In this document: in pieces, positions 23,701-35,285 of the stretch
How the letters are laid out: each line of letters starts with the position of its first letter
How positions within the stretch are numbered: position 1 is the first letter of the stretch
Assembly: GCF_000485595.1 (NCBI RefSeq)
Contig: NW_014577079.1
Coordinates: 180,826-244,825 of the forward strand
Reading direction: 5' to 3'
Source: Priapulus caudatus
Lineage: Eukaryota
DNA: 64,000 nt
Notes under the pieces: generated by a model
The model's database searches: none
What the model saw: only the letters and a program-made list of their open reading frames with translations
What the model was told of the DNA's origin: nothing
Position numbers and translations under genes: made by a program

Positions 23701-25002
23701 AATGGGTGAGTTAACTCAGCAGGGCTTCATAGCTCTGCACCAGATGGAAGCAGAAGATAACGAAGGCAACACAGAGGACTTGTGGGTGACCTTGAACACC
23801 ATTGGCTACAATAAGAATTTGCAGCTAGATGAGGTGAAGCCCAACATTGTTATGTCCGTCTGAGTAGTTGTCGCTCATTAAATATAGATTTTTTACTGTA
23901 ATGTTTTGGGGGTGGGATTATTATTAATTTTGCTTCATCATACTAAAAGAAAAGTTATAGGGATACAATTGATTCTTCCTGCTGTGTATTCTACAATTAA
24001 TTATTGAATACATGCTTGCATAATCAAATTCACATTGAATATATATATTTTTTACTTTTGGAACCATTAGTTTTTGCCTGAAGAAATTATTGTTACGATT
24101 TTACATTTCTTGAGTGTATTGATGCTATGTTTCAATTTTGCAGGCTTGCCCATTCAAGCTGAATGTTTATCTGGATGAGTGTAAGGGAGAGCTTGTCACC
24201 AACGGATCACTGACAACCGATTTACGATTGGAGGAGGCCATATGTCAGTTTGCTAACACCAGAGGGAGTCACCAAGTATTAAACAGTGATGATAGCGTTG
24301 CACTACTCACCTACATGTGTGATACAAGAGTAACGCTAGTTGTTCACAATAAGGTAACCAGCTTTAATGATGTAACCTTAAACCATTCATAACATTTTTC
24401 AAAGCAATTATCATATACATAAGCAATTTCTTTGTCAATTACAAAGAAATTCTATATGGATCACTGGTCCTCAATTTTCGATGCGCAATCTCAACATCAG
24501 CTAAACTTAAGACATGTTTCCTCTGTGCGTAAATGAATAAACATTGCATTTATTATGCGAGTAATTCTAAAAAAACGTTTTTATATCTAGTCTTCGCAGA
24601 CTGTGACGGTACATTTAGACTGCAGTGAAAGTACAAACTGTGTATCAAACCACTCTTCGCTGAAGCACCAGATTACTGTACCACGAAATAATTTCAAGGT
24701 ATTTATAAGTAAATAAAGTTATAAGTGTTTGTTTCGGTGATTGATAGTTATTTTCTATAAATAATCATGCAATTAAACTATGCAGGTGTTTAGAAACATT
24801 GGGATGGCATCAGACCTTTTATTTTCAACTATTCTGTATTCGATATGCTTTTTAAACTGCTTTCTCAGCATAACTCATTTCTAAATAATCAATAATTATA
24901 TCATAGTGGGCATTTTTGTTATAGATTGGTATGCATTTAATGCCAGAGGATGAGAATTCCGAATGGAACATCAACACTGCTTGTAGAATCGTGGGACCAT
25001 AA
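17653..25002 (+). CDS. EFCAB7: EF-hand calcium-binding domain-containing protein 7, 14 coding exons, ~588 aa
   Basis: Exons: 17653-17770, 18373-18438, 19710-19855, 20327-20413, 20555-20738, 21082-21164, 21501-21642, 22082-22185, 22513-22670, 22940-23073, 23685-23833, 24144-24353, 24591-24698, 24925-25002; 1767 nt in frame to TAA. Recognisable EFCAB7 motifs: ECKAAYLT, ALQQTGRNPSQ, FRKIDVNHDG, YLLLPFTTGCRL, IFDMCDQDDNGLLSREEF..FNLRTSGE, GELTQQGF, DLWVTL..IGYN, DEACPF. Confidence 0.93.
18373..18438 (+). CDS. EFCAB7: EFCAB7 coding exon 2
   Basis: LQQTGRNPSQRIVLKYWEQEN; gtaagt donor. Confidence 0.92.
18454..19437 (+). mobile_element. HINE/DINE-1-like element, family B
   Basis: Starts tttttagctcagctgacg, has a gtccgtccgtgcgtccgtc microsatellite and ends cgtcagttgagc (subterminal inverted repeat) + hairpin gctgtcgctctgcggc; homologous to 48451-48985. 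Confidence 0.75.
19710..19855 (+). CDS. EFCAB7: EFCAB7 coding exon 3 (EF-hand)
   Basis: TVSFNKFCSIVRSE...FRKIDVNHDGFISHEEFLSVMTT. Confidence 0.92.
20327..20413 (+). CDS. EFCAB7: EFCAB7 coding exon 4 (EF-hand, GC donor)
   Basis: KGELMSPSEVRGIFRKADINKYGKLDYKE followed by gcaata. Confidence 0.85.
20555..20738 (+). CDS. EFCAB7: EFCAB7 coding exon 5
   Basis: FCKIILKTVEQCQSVAVERM...PEPKPRRLK. Confidence 0.88.
21082..21164 (+). CDS. EFCAB7: EFCAB7 coding exon 6
   Basis: TEINVQDIKKAAVAKLKTKVSKPSNLQ; bridges phase 1 to phase 0. Confidence 0.8.
21501..21642 (+). CDS. EFCAB7: EFCAB7 coding exon 7
   Basis: DWYHHKSKGIFYLEEDSTVVNHHYILKLPRSSSVWMTIEP... Confidence 0.92.
22082..22185 (+). CDS. EFCAB7: EFCAB7 coding exon 8
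   Basis: EKTHPTIDTALYILRLDGEHASTLVTCTEKRDKK. Confidence 0.9.
22513..22670 (+). CDS. EFCAB7: EFCAB7 coding exon 9
   Basis: GVYYVRVDLDSGKYLLLPFTTGCRLRPR...LTKAF. Confidence 0.9.
22940..23073 (+). CDS. EFCAB7: EFCAB7 coding exon 10 (EF-hand)
   Basis: QALTEIFDMCDQDDNGLLSREEFSYFNLRTSGEELADDEWTVVE. Confidence 0.93.
23685..23833 (+). CDS. EFCAB7: EFCAB7 coding exon 11
   Basis: NVALQMGELTQQGFIALHQMEAEDNEGNTEDLWVTLNTIGYNKNLQLDE. Confidence 0.93.
24144..24353 (+). CDS. EFCAB7: EFCAB7 coding exon 12
   Basis: ACPFKLNVYLDECKG...RVTLVVHNK. Confidence 0.92.
24591..24698 (+). CDS. EFCAB7: EFCAB7 coding exon 13
   Basis: SSQTVTVHLDCSESTNCVSNHSSLKHQITVPRNNFK. Confidence 0.9.
24925..25002 (+). CDS. EFCAB7: EFCAB7 coding exon 14 (stop)
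   Basis: IGMHLMPEDENSEWNINTACRIVGP*. Confidence 0.88.
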   Translation: MGMHLMPEDENSEWNINTACRIVGP

Positions 25003-25068
25003 TATCATGATAAATGTGCCATGTCACTATCCTCAGCGTACATCAACACAGGTTATGTATGCGGATTA

Positions 25069-26348
25069 CTTTTTAGCTCGCCTTGACATTGTCAAGATGA
25101 GCTATTGCCATAGGGCGTTGTCCGTCGTACGTCCGTCCATCCGTCCGTCCGTCAACATTTGGCTACGGTCAACGATAACTTGAGAACCGTTTGATCCATA
25201 TGTTTCAAATTGCATACAGTTGTTACTCCTTTGGGAGAGATGTGAACGTCCTATTTTGGAGCACGCCAGTTGACCTACTTTCGAGCCACGCCCACTTTTT
25301 GGCAAAAATGGAAATGGCCATAAGTCAGTTCACGTTCAACGGATTTTGCTCATTTTTGGTATGTGAATGAGTAAGGACTGGCCCTAAAACATATTACAGG
25401 GCTTTTGATATTTTTTGTAAATTATGTAAATTAGGTAGATTTTGGCAATTTTACTATGCATTTCAGTGTTTGCCTACGGTCAACGATAACTCAGGAACCG
25501 TTTGACCCACATGTTTCCAATTGCATACAGTTGTTACTCCTATGGGAGAGATTTGAACATCCTATTTTGGCGCACGCTAGTCGACCTACTTTCGAGCCAC
25601 GCCCACTTTTTGGCAAAAATGGAAATGGTAATAAGTCAGTTTAGGTTCAACGGATTTTGCTCATTTTTTGTATGTGAATGAATAAGGACTGGCCCCAAAA
25701 CATATCACACAGGTTTTGATATTTTTTTTAAATTATGCAAATTATAGGTAGATTTTGGCAATTTCACTATGCATTTCAGTGTCTGCCTACAGTCAACGAT
25801 AACTCAAGAACCGTTTGACCCACATGTTTCAAATTGCATACAGTTGTTACTCCTATGGGAGAGATTTGAACGTTCTATTTTGAAGCACGCTAGTCAACCT
25901 ACTTTCGAGCCACGCCCACCTTTTGGCAAAAATGAAAATGGCCATCTAGATTCATTCGATTTTGTTAAATTTACCTACCTACCTACCTACCTACCTACCT
26001 ACCTACCTAATCATACCTAAGTGTAATATTGTGTTTTAGATTCTTCGTTGCAGTAATTTGACTGGAATATTTTATTGCTTTATTTGCACAATAATCAAAA
26101 ACCAAAATGGCGATCATTTAGGCGTAGCGCCATCTCTCGCCCAGATTTCAGACTTTCAGATCAGAAACATTTATTTTATCATCAAAACTAACCCTGAAAC
26201 AAAGCAGTGAAATTTCTATTAGTATAAAACAGGGAATAAGGACATTGATCACATTTTGGTTCGTCATAAATGAAACAGTTACCAAATTTTAAATATCATC
26301 TCCCTCTTCTATCACACCCAAGGTGAGCTATAGTGTCATTGACACTTT
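25069..26348 (+). mobile_element. HINE/DINE-1-like element, family A, with ~310-bp internal tandem repeats
   Basis: tttttagctcgccttgac start, (GTCC)n, about 2.5 copies of an internal unit (starts ~25163, ~25474, ~25787), end aggtgagcta + tagtgtcattgacact hairpin + T-run. Confidence 0.8.
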
Positions 26349-26894
26349 TATTTGGACTCGTGGACTAAAACTCGATAGTTTGGAACTCTCAGCTTTTTAT
26401 TCCAGCTTTTATCATGACAAAACTAACCTGTACATTGTCTGTGTGATGGTATTTATGCATGTATTTATTTGTATGTGTAGTGTATGCCTGGAATAGAACT
26501 CTCGGTAGCTGATATTAAAGGTTATTGTGGAGTTATGTTGACGTGACTGTTATAAGAAAACTTGTGTTTCACTACTTTACTACATGCAGACAGGTGGAAA
26601 ACTATCAAAAATAAAAAGAGAAACACTGATCTAAAGGTTCCCGTTCATACATACATACATACATACATACTCTCATATGTGAGGTTTTGATCATTATGAT
26701 CATCATGTATATTGTTTTAATAAAGTTAAATAATATATTATTTTCTGCAATATTTTGGTATTGTACAGTATTATTTCTGTTGCTATATAATATTTTATGG
26801 AAAAAAAAGTAGTTAATTGTGTATATCAGTGAAGATTTTTAAAATAACTTATGCACCTTGTCCTCACGGCTACGAACTATGCTGCTGCTGCTGC

Positions 26895-28541
26895 AGGGCC
26901 TCAAGCATGGGTAAGGCTCCAGGACCTGACAATATGCGTCCTCGTGTACTGAAGGAATTATCGAAAGAAATTGCGCCAATCCTGACTATGATTTTCCAAG
27001 CCTCCTACAACTCGGGTGAAGTCCCGCAAGACTGGCGAAATGCAAATGTCGCACCAATTTTTAAAAAAGGTCAGAGGTACCTGGCTGAAAACTATCGACC
27101 AGTGTCACTGACGTGCATCAGCTGCAAAGTCATGGAGCACATTGTGACATCTCACATCATGTCTCATGCCGATAAACACAACATTCTCAACCCGCTTCAA
27201 CATGGTTTCCGGAAGGGTGTCTCCTGCGAAACTCAGCTTATTGACTTTGTGGACGATGTGTCCAAAAGCATGGAAGCTGGAAAGCAGGTCGACTGTGTAA
27301 TAATGGACTTTTCAAAAGCTTTTGACAAGGTAAACCACAGCCTACTCGTTCACAAGTTAAATCACTATGGCATCCGTGGTAAAACCAACACCTGGATTAG
27401 TTCGTTCCTGTCAGATCGAATGCAGACAGTCGTCGTCGACGGAGAGAGATCTGACCCTGTAAATGTAGAATCAGGAGTCCCGCAAGGTTCAGTGCTTGGA
27501 CCTTGCCTGTTCCTGTTCTACATAAATGACATCCCGGAAGATACACAAGCAACCGTTCGACTTTTTGCAGATGACACATTGATTCATATAGCTCTGACTA
27601 AACCACAAGATTCACAAATACTGCAGAATGACTTGGACCAACTAGCAGTCTGGGAAGACAAGTGGATGATGAAGTTCCACCAAGACAAATGTCTGGTCCT
27701 GACCATCACCAGAAAACTCCAACCAACCTGTTACCCATATGCTCTACGCGGACATACCTTAGACGTGGCCACATCAGCCAAGTACCTGGGTGTCACACTA
27801 ACATCAGACCTTCGATGACACAACCACATCAGCTCAATATGTAGTAAAGCAAATGGAACCCTATCATTCCTGAGAAGGAACCTAAAGATTTCCTGAATGG
27901 AAGTTAAGTCACTTGCCTATACCTCATTGGTTATGCCCACGGTGGAGTACGCCAGCACGGTATGGGATCCATATCAGGCGCAGGACTGCCAACATCTTGA
28001 AATGGTCCAAAGACGAGCAGCGAGATACGTCTCAAACCGCCACCACAACAGGTCGAGTGTTACTGACATGCTTGAATTTAAACACTCAACTGGCCGACGC
28101 TGGAGTCAAGACGAAGGGTTGCCCGTTTGGCTATGATGTACATGCAAGCTCGTCAACGGCATGGTCAACTTGGATACCAACAACCGTCTGATACCACCTA
28201 CTCGAAGCACCAGGAACATGTCAGAGCACTCTTTTCAAATCCCATCCTGCTGTAGATGTACGTGACTACAGGAAATTACGGCTCCTTCTTTCCCAGGTCT
28301 ATTACAGAGTGGAACGCCTTACCGACTGAAGTGGTGACAGCCGAAAATCTATGTTCCTTTAAGTCTCTGATTACTGCCTAAACGACATCAGGGCAGTTTT
28401 TTAAGTAAAATTTGCTTTTTTTGTGTGTTTTTCTTTAGAAAATCAAGGAAAGGAAAATTTTATTTTAGTCTCAACTAGCGCCTCCCGTTGGCATAATCAT
28501 CAGTATGTTGATGGTGGCCAATATAGCGTAGAAGTAGAAGT
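26895..28541 (+). mobile_element. 5'-truncated LINE (CR1/L2-group) reverse transcriptase, decayed
   Basis: KAPGPD, WRNANVAPIFKKG, NYRPVSLT, QHGFR, DFSKAFD, GVPQGSVLGP, FADD, KYLGV; in-frame stops at 27816 and beyond; 3' tail gtagaagtagaagta. Confidence 0.93.
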
Positions 28542-28989
28542 ATGCTAACTATAATAAACGTTGTGTGCGTGCGTGCGTGCGCGTGTGTTCAAACGAAAAT
28601 TCCCCTGAAGTTTTCAACTAATAGCAGAGCTAATAGCTATTATAAAACCTTCTTTTTGGCGTTTGTTACCCATAGGTGGCGCAAGTTGTAGTGTTATTAT
28701 TCATTCCTGCGCCGTGTGTGATGCGATTCTCAGATGCGATTGTGGATAGCAACTGAAATACGTAATGAAGGTACGAGTGTTTGTTAACATAGTCTAGGAC
28801 AACTGAGCCCCCAATGGCAACGGTTGGTAAATGCTTAATTCTATGTGTATATGACTATATGTTATATCATTTTATTGATTTATGGTTTGACATTTATCGT
28901 AAGTGTACAGCATAGGCAAGGTAACCGCGGACAGTGCAGGTGAGGTAGCCCCACCCCACCCAAGGTCCCACCTACACTGTGTCTGTAGG

Positions 28990-29250
28990 CCTACTTCTAC
29001 TTCTATTTCTATACTGGACAGTCCGTAAGGAATAAACGTCCAGGGCTATAGCTAGCCATGGGGTGTGACCTAGCTTGGATAAAGCCAGGTAGTTAGCCTT
29101 TTTTAGCCGAATGGCACTGAGGTTGGTCACAGCCAGAGTTTTTTTTCGCCCTTAGTGGTTCTTTTACGTCCCCAGTGGCCTTAGTATTACTGGAGACGGG
29201 ACCGCCATTTTACGTGGTCATCCGAGCCACGGCCCACGGGACCTACACAT
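28990..29250 (-). mobile_element. SINE fragment with Deu/Nin-like core and (TAGAAG)n tail
   Basis: Minus strand tcggatgaccacgtaaaatggcggtcccg...gggacgtaaaagaacc resembles the Deu/Nin SINE core (from memory); the 3' end cctggacgtttattcctta.ggactgtccagtatagaa is also present at 14161-14220. Confidence 0.5.
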
Positions 29251-29261
29251 TACACGGAGTG

Positions 29262-29452
29262 CAGGGGCGTGTACAGGGGGGGGGGTCCAGGGGTTCCGGA
29301 CCCCCCCCTGCTCGCGCAGAAAACGCATCTAAGGGGGTCTAATTTAAAAAAAAAATTTGGGGGAGCACCCCCCAGACCCCCCTTCACATGCTTGCAAGTT
29401 TGGGTTACGGTTAGACCCCCCCCCCCTGGTACAAATCCTGTACACGCCTCTG
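29262..29452. mobile_element. MITE with CAGGGGCGTGTACAGG TIR, apparent 5-bp TSD
   Basis: caggggcgtgtacagg / cctgtacacgcctctg flanked by gagtg on both sides. Confidence 0.7.
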
Positions 29453-29663
29453 GAGTGGTACCTATGGTGGTACATTGGAAATTAAAATATATTCTAATTA
29501 AATATATGTCTTCATTCAGTTTTAATTTTAGTAGATATTGTGATATAATTCATTGTGTATTGTTTGTAAAATGGAGCTTACCTAAATAATAAAATATATG
29601 TCCTTTGACGTAAATATTAAAATAGTATTACTAGTACTGTAGTAGTATATAGTACTATACTAC

Positions 29664-29707
29664 CAGGAGTAAGATAATATAGGATATCCTATATTATCTT
29701 ACTCCTG
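29664..29707. mobile_element. 44-bp palindromic micro-MITE
   Basis: caggagtaagataatataggatatcctatattatcttactcctg, perfect palindrome, near-identical to 8993-9033; flanks atactac/ctactac. Confidence 0.75.
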
Positions 29708-31402
29708 CTACTACTAGTACTATAGTAGTACCAGTACTACTACAGGTACGTTGATACTATGGTTGATACTCTGCATTGCACAAACACAAGTCGGAATTGG
29801 GCTAACTTGATGTTATTATATATGACGAGTGACATGTATACTGATGTAATGTAGAAGGCAATCTTAAATTATATATGCCGGTCTCGGTTGGTACTGAAGG
29901 TCAACGGTCATCATGGGGTCAAAGATGCTCATGAGCAGTGTGTACGTGCTTCACAGCCTCTTTGGCTGCACCATTACTTCGCCCACTTCCTGTTACAAAC
30001 TCCATTGAGAAATCTTCAGCGTCCTGTTTATTAATCGCTGCAGCTGGATCTCAGCATATACACCAGACCAGTAAACTAATTAGTAGTGATGTCACGATCA
30101 TCGATTATACTCGATCATCAGTTGAACAGTGGCTCGAACCAAGAGCTTGGTTATCAAAATCCATAATTGATTTCATTGGGGAAAAAAATCGAAATAAATG
30201 TAAAACTTGAACAAGAAAACTTGGAAAAGTGAAGAGAATCAGAGATATCATCGCTACTATACAAGTTATCCTTTATTAACATACATGTATTATACACACA
30301 GTAGTAAACAGTGCAAAACAAACAGTAAACAGGGCTAAACAAGCACATACATGCACATTTACTTGGATCCAAGATGATCGATTACGAAATTACAACCGAT
30401 TGACAACATAAACACTACTAATTAGGCTTCCTTTATCCACGTATAAGTGGTGCATAAGTCTGCACATCTGTATTTGTATAACCACAGAGCAGCCCTATTA
30501 TGGTCTTGTAGTGAGGTCATCAGTTGGCCAAGCCTGGTATGACACGGGTCAATAGGCATTGTATAAAAAATTAATAAATATATTGTTTTGGGGAAATGGT
30601 TCCAAGTGAAATATTGACAATTAGTTATCTTATCCGCAGGCTTAGCTGTAGGAAATCTACTCAGGGAGCCAGAAATGTGAAGCAGTGGAGAAAATAACAA
30701 TATGATGTCAAGTGTTGGCTCTGGTGAATTATAACGGTTAGGAACAAGCGCTACGCCCTTTTTAAATTCAATGATGGAATTTCTTTTTCTTTTTATTATT
30801 CTATCAGACTCAGTGCATGGACACATATGAAGCATGGGCAGTACTCCGATCAGATTTATTCAGAGTGAAAAGTTAGTGCCATATAGCAAGGAACTGGTAT
30901 GCAAAAATTATTTTTCAAATAACCTTTTACTTGGCATAGTATATATAGAAGTAGTTTTCAGTGTGGGTGGCGCCGCCTGCTGCGATCTGTGGGATTACCC
31001 CGGGGGTGGGGGCAATATGGCAAGGAGTAGGTGTATGTAGGGTAGGGTAGGAAGCATTGCGGTAGAATTAATAGAGCCAAGGGGCAAGAAAAAAACTTGG
31101 AAACCACTGCTTTATAGTGTATTTTGAGAGTGCATGGCGAGTATACTGTAACATGTGCCTAAATATTTTGTTTAGTCCATGTAATGAATTCAGAATGTAT
31201 TGCAACTTAAGTTCCTTATGCTTTTGGTTAACTGTTGTGTTTTTATTCAGGGTCTACACTAGTCGGCGGCATGGATAAGGCGAATACAGGCAGCCATTCT
31301 TACTTATTATAGGCAATCTGTTCACATATAAATAAACAAGGAGGCTGGGGTGCCCCATAGACCCTCAGCCAGACTGAATACTGATTTCATCTCCCGCGAG
31401 AA

Positions 31403-31760
31403 ATGATAAAATACTAATAGCTAGTAAAAGCTGTGTCAGTGTTCGACATGAAAGGCAGCAGTTTCACAATGGAATTTCATGAACAAAAGTCAGTTGAACA
31501 AGATTAAAACCATTTAAAATCACATTCTTTGTGTGGTGTGCATTCTGTACATCCATGCGAAAGTGCTGTGTGTATCCAGAATGTGGCAGCATGCGTAGCA
31601 TGATAAAATACTAATAGCTAGTAAAAGCTGTGTCAGTGTTCGACATGAAAGGCAGCAGTTTCACAATGGAATTTCATGATCAAAAGTCAGTTGAACAAGA
31701 TTAAAACCATTTAAAATCACATTCTTTGTGTGGTGTGCATTCTGTACATCCATGCCAAAG
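31403..31760. repeat. Tandem duplication, 198-bp period
   Basis: atgataaaatactaatagctagtaaaagc... begins at 31403 and 31601, nearly identical for ~160 bp. Confidence 0.85.
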
Positions 31761-32469
31761 TTACTACTAGTCCACATCCACTAGTACAAGTTACTACATC
31801 CATGCCACCAGACTGTTACGTGCATTAATTAGGCCTGCGTTAATCTGCTATTCAGCTACTGTTATCAGATTGGAAAGCTTAAAATGTGCATTGTCATTGA
31901 AAATAGCTTGGGCCAAGCAGCAGCATTAGCAACAGTAGCAGAAGCAGCAGAAGTAGTAGCAGTAGTGGATGCAGCAGCAGTAGTCGCAGCAGCAGCGGTC
32001 GCAGTAGCAGTAGCAGTAGCTTGTGATGGGAATTTGTTGGAATTTCATCATTGATCATCGGTTGCACCCAACCGATCGATGATCAAAGATAATCGGTTGA
32101 ATGTTATTAATCGCGGCTACCAGATGTTGAAATATATCATATATCATATAATACAGTATTTTTTATAATACAATATTCTAACCGCTATGTATCAGTATTA
32201 TACTTGCTTTAATGTTTGGTGTAGGTTAGATTTAAGTTGTAAAGTAACCAAAAAAACACAAAAATGAAATAAAAGTCATTTCATCAATGTTTGCACATTT
32301 TATAGGAAAAAAATATCTTTTTTGATAATCAATTATTTATTTTCATAATTGAGCGCTTAGTGAGTTGCTGCAAACGACTGACTTTCGATTATAATCGATC
32401 ATAGGGACATCACTAGCAGTAGCCATGGCAGTAGCTATGGTAGTAGCAGTAGCAGGACTTAGTAATAGT

Positions 32470-32800
32470 AACAACTAGACAGAGTGCACTCACGGAGAGT
32501 GCATACCTCCGCCAGCGACATACAACTCACAAACACACGAATAAGCCACGATGTACGCTAGCGTACTGACATGTACACGCTGGCTTGCTGGCTTGCTGCT
32601 CGCTCGCTTGTAGCAGCCGCTCATTGCTGCTGCTCGCTGACATGTACACGCTCGCTGGCTCGCTGCGCTGGCTCTCTGGGTATCACTGGCTGGCTGGCTG
32701 AGCTGGCTGACGCGCTAATATCGATCGCGCGAACACACGAACACACGTACACACGAGCGAATACATAACCTCCTCCAACTCCGTTGGGCGGAGGTAACAA
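32470..32800 (-). mobile_element. Short HINE/DINE-like element
   Basis: Subterminal inverted repeats tacctccgcc / ggcggaggta with an adjacent short hairpin-like segment (gagtgcactcacggagagtgca) at one end. Confidence 0.6.
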
Positions 32801-32901
32801 TGGCAGCAGCAGCTACAATAGCTGCAGCAGAAACAACAGCACATGCTTTTTAAGCAGTTGTAAGTTTGCAGAACACTGCCCTTGTTTTCTTCTGGTAACA
32901 A

Positions 32902-33353
32902 TAGCCTCGTTCACACGCGACCTCGTATTTATGAAATACGGTATTTGCGAAATACCGAATCTGAGACAAATACGCGACCGAGCGTTCACACGCTGGTTCG
33001 CGGCACCAGAAATGCCGTATTTGCGAGCTACGAATGCAATGCGCACCAACTGCCCATAGAATACGTAGATTGGTCCGCGCTCGACAGTTCCACTCGCATT
33101 GCATTGGAACTGTCGAGCGCGGACCAGTCTATAAAATACGCGGCTTCAGAAATACGGCATTTAGCGTTCACACGAGGAAATGCGCGGTCTAAGAGATCCG
33201 GTATTTCTCAAGCACGGCAAATTAGTCGGGGTCTGGGAAGCCGCGTTTTTCAACAAATATCGGATCTGTTTAGATACCGTATTTCTTGGACCACGCATTT
33301 TGCCTCGTGTGAACGCTAAATACCAAATTTCTTGCTACGTGTGAACGCGGCTA
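32902..33353. mobile_element. MITE with TA flanks and internal gttcacacg repeats
   Basis: tagcctcgttcacacg ... cgtgtgaacgcggcta. Confidence 0.7.
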
Positions 33354-34456
33354 TACATATACGGCTATAATATCGGCTACTACATATTTTTATTTATTTA
33401 TTTATTTAGGCAATTATCCATCATATACATAATACAATACATAGCATATTTTTACAATAAAATTTTGAATTAATAAAATTGGATAACTACCAAGGATATA
33501 TACACAAAAAGCATGACTAGCACACTTATTTACGCAGGTAAGGTCTATGTCCCCCTGACCTCTGTTTGACCTGGCTCGTTTAGCTATTTCTGACCAATAT
33601 ATATTAGGACTGTCATCGATGCTTTTTTTTTTTCTAAAATGTAGCCAGCGAAGCATCGGTAGCATTTTTGACTGAGCGCTGCCATTATCGGAAGTAGTGC
33701 AGGACGCATGCATACAGAGACAATCAATAACTGTGGTGTTCTATTGTCTCTGGTGCGTATCCTGTCTCACTGATCTCTATAATAAAATCTGTCTACCGTA
33801 AAAGCATGTCTGCTGCTTCGCCATCGCCGCGACGCCAGGTCAATCTGGTTGAATTCAGGTAAATATACTTCGCCCATGTTGCATTTAAGCACAGCGATGT
33901 ATAAAATGCATAGTTATCATAAGTAGAACACAATACATGAGTTTACTGTACTTTCACGGCTCATGTTTTATTACATAATTATTAAATTGAATCAGATCGA
34001 ATCGAACCAAAATATCGAAGAAAAAAAAAATCAATAATCGAATCGAAATAATTTGATACCAATGACAGCCCCAGCTGGAATACTATGAGGTGAAGGTTAT
34101 ACTTGATACAAAACAAGGCAGAAATGCTTAGATGATTATTTTATTTGAGATATACGTAATTGTTCGGCAGTTTTTGTAGAGGTACAAGATTTTCCAATGG
34201 ATGGATGTCAGGCTGTATATTGACGTCAGTCACACAGCCTGGTCGGGTTAGGTTACATTATGATTATTGTATCTAGTTTCGATAGTGCGACTTTCGGCCC
34301 TAGGACATAAGAGCTGTCCATATTTGCACATTTGCATACGTCGCACATTGCGAAAATGAATTGTCGTCAGCGCTTATATCCATGAACGCACAGGCACTTG
34401 AAGCGTTTCAATAAAATATAATGCGAACTAAATACGAAATCTATAGTACAAAATTC

Positions 34457-34766
34457 TTAATGTTTCTATACTATAGGCCTACTCTCTTTCACCTATTATC
34501 GCCAATAGTTTCCTACCAAATTGCATTACCGGCAGCCATTGCTATCGCGGCGCGACTGTTGCACGCTTGCACTAATATATAGAGAAGCACATGTTAATAT
34601 AAGAATAGAGAATAAGAATAGAGAAGCAGTAATATACTCTATATATTAGTGCAAGCGTGCAACAGTCGCGCCGCGAGAGCAATTAATGGCTGCCGGTAAT
34701 GCAATGGTAGGAAACTATCGGCAATAATAGGTAAAAGAGAGTAGGCCTATAGTATAGAAACATTAA
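34457..34766. mobile_element. Foldback MITE with ~130-bp arms and TTAA at both ends
   Basis: 34457-34585 is the near-perfect reverse complement of 34637-34766. Confidence 0.8.
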
Positions 34767-35285
34767 AGGACAATTGAAGTCAAATTTTATAACTTCTGTA
34801 ACGTTTTTATACATAGAAATACATTCAATAACGTATTCCATTTCAAATCCGGCGCCCGCAGTTCAAATCCGCAGTAAGAAACACATGAATATTAGTCTAG
34901 GTCATGTGACGTCACAGCACCCTGTTGAAACACGCCATTATGTAAACATAGTGCGTGTGGTGTATAAGATGAAGATAGAAAGCGATAATTTCAATGATTC
35001 TAGTGATTACTCAGATGATGATGATATTTATAGTGATTTACCAGTTGGATATAGGTTTGAGCATGAATATACACAAGAAGTGGAGGAGAATTGTCTGAAA
35101 AAGCAACGGGAAGAGTCGGCACACACTTCTCGAGAATCAGAAGTCACAATTCATGGCGGAATGGAAGCTTCGGTACCAGATAGGACTGTAGACAAATACT
35201 GGTGTTCTTGTAGTGTTTGTGAATTAATGAGTACGGCACCTGAATGTATATGCTGCCATGAGAATGAGAAGACCAGGGTTATTGC
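34767..35285 (+). mobile_element. Probable Kolobok-type transposon fragment encoding a P2X7-C-terminal-like Cys-rich domain
   Basis: Starts TTAA|AGGACA; ORF has an acidic leader, YRFEHEY and WCSCSVCELMSTAPECICCHE, the pattern of the P2RX7 C-terminal/nanor-like domain; similarity lost before the gap at 35441. Confidence 0.6.

Noticed and set aside
26817..27818. 333-aa RT ORF as an active or domesticated gene
   Set aside because: 5'-truncated, no endonuclease domain, downstream stops and frameshifts; an ordinary dead LINE.
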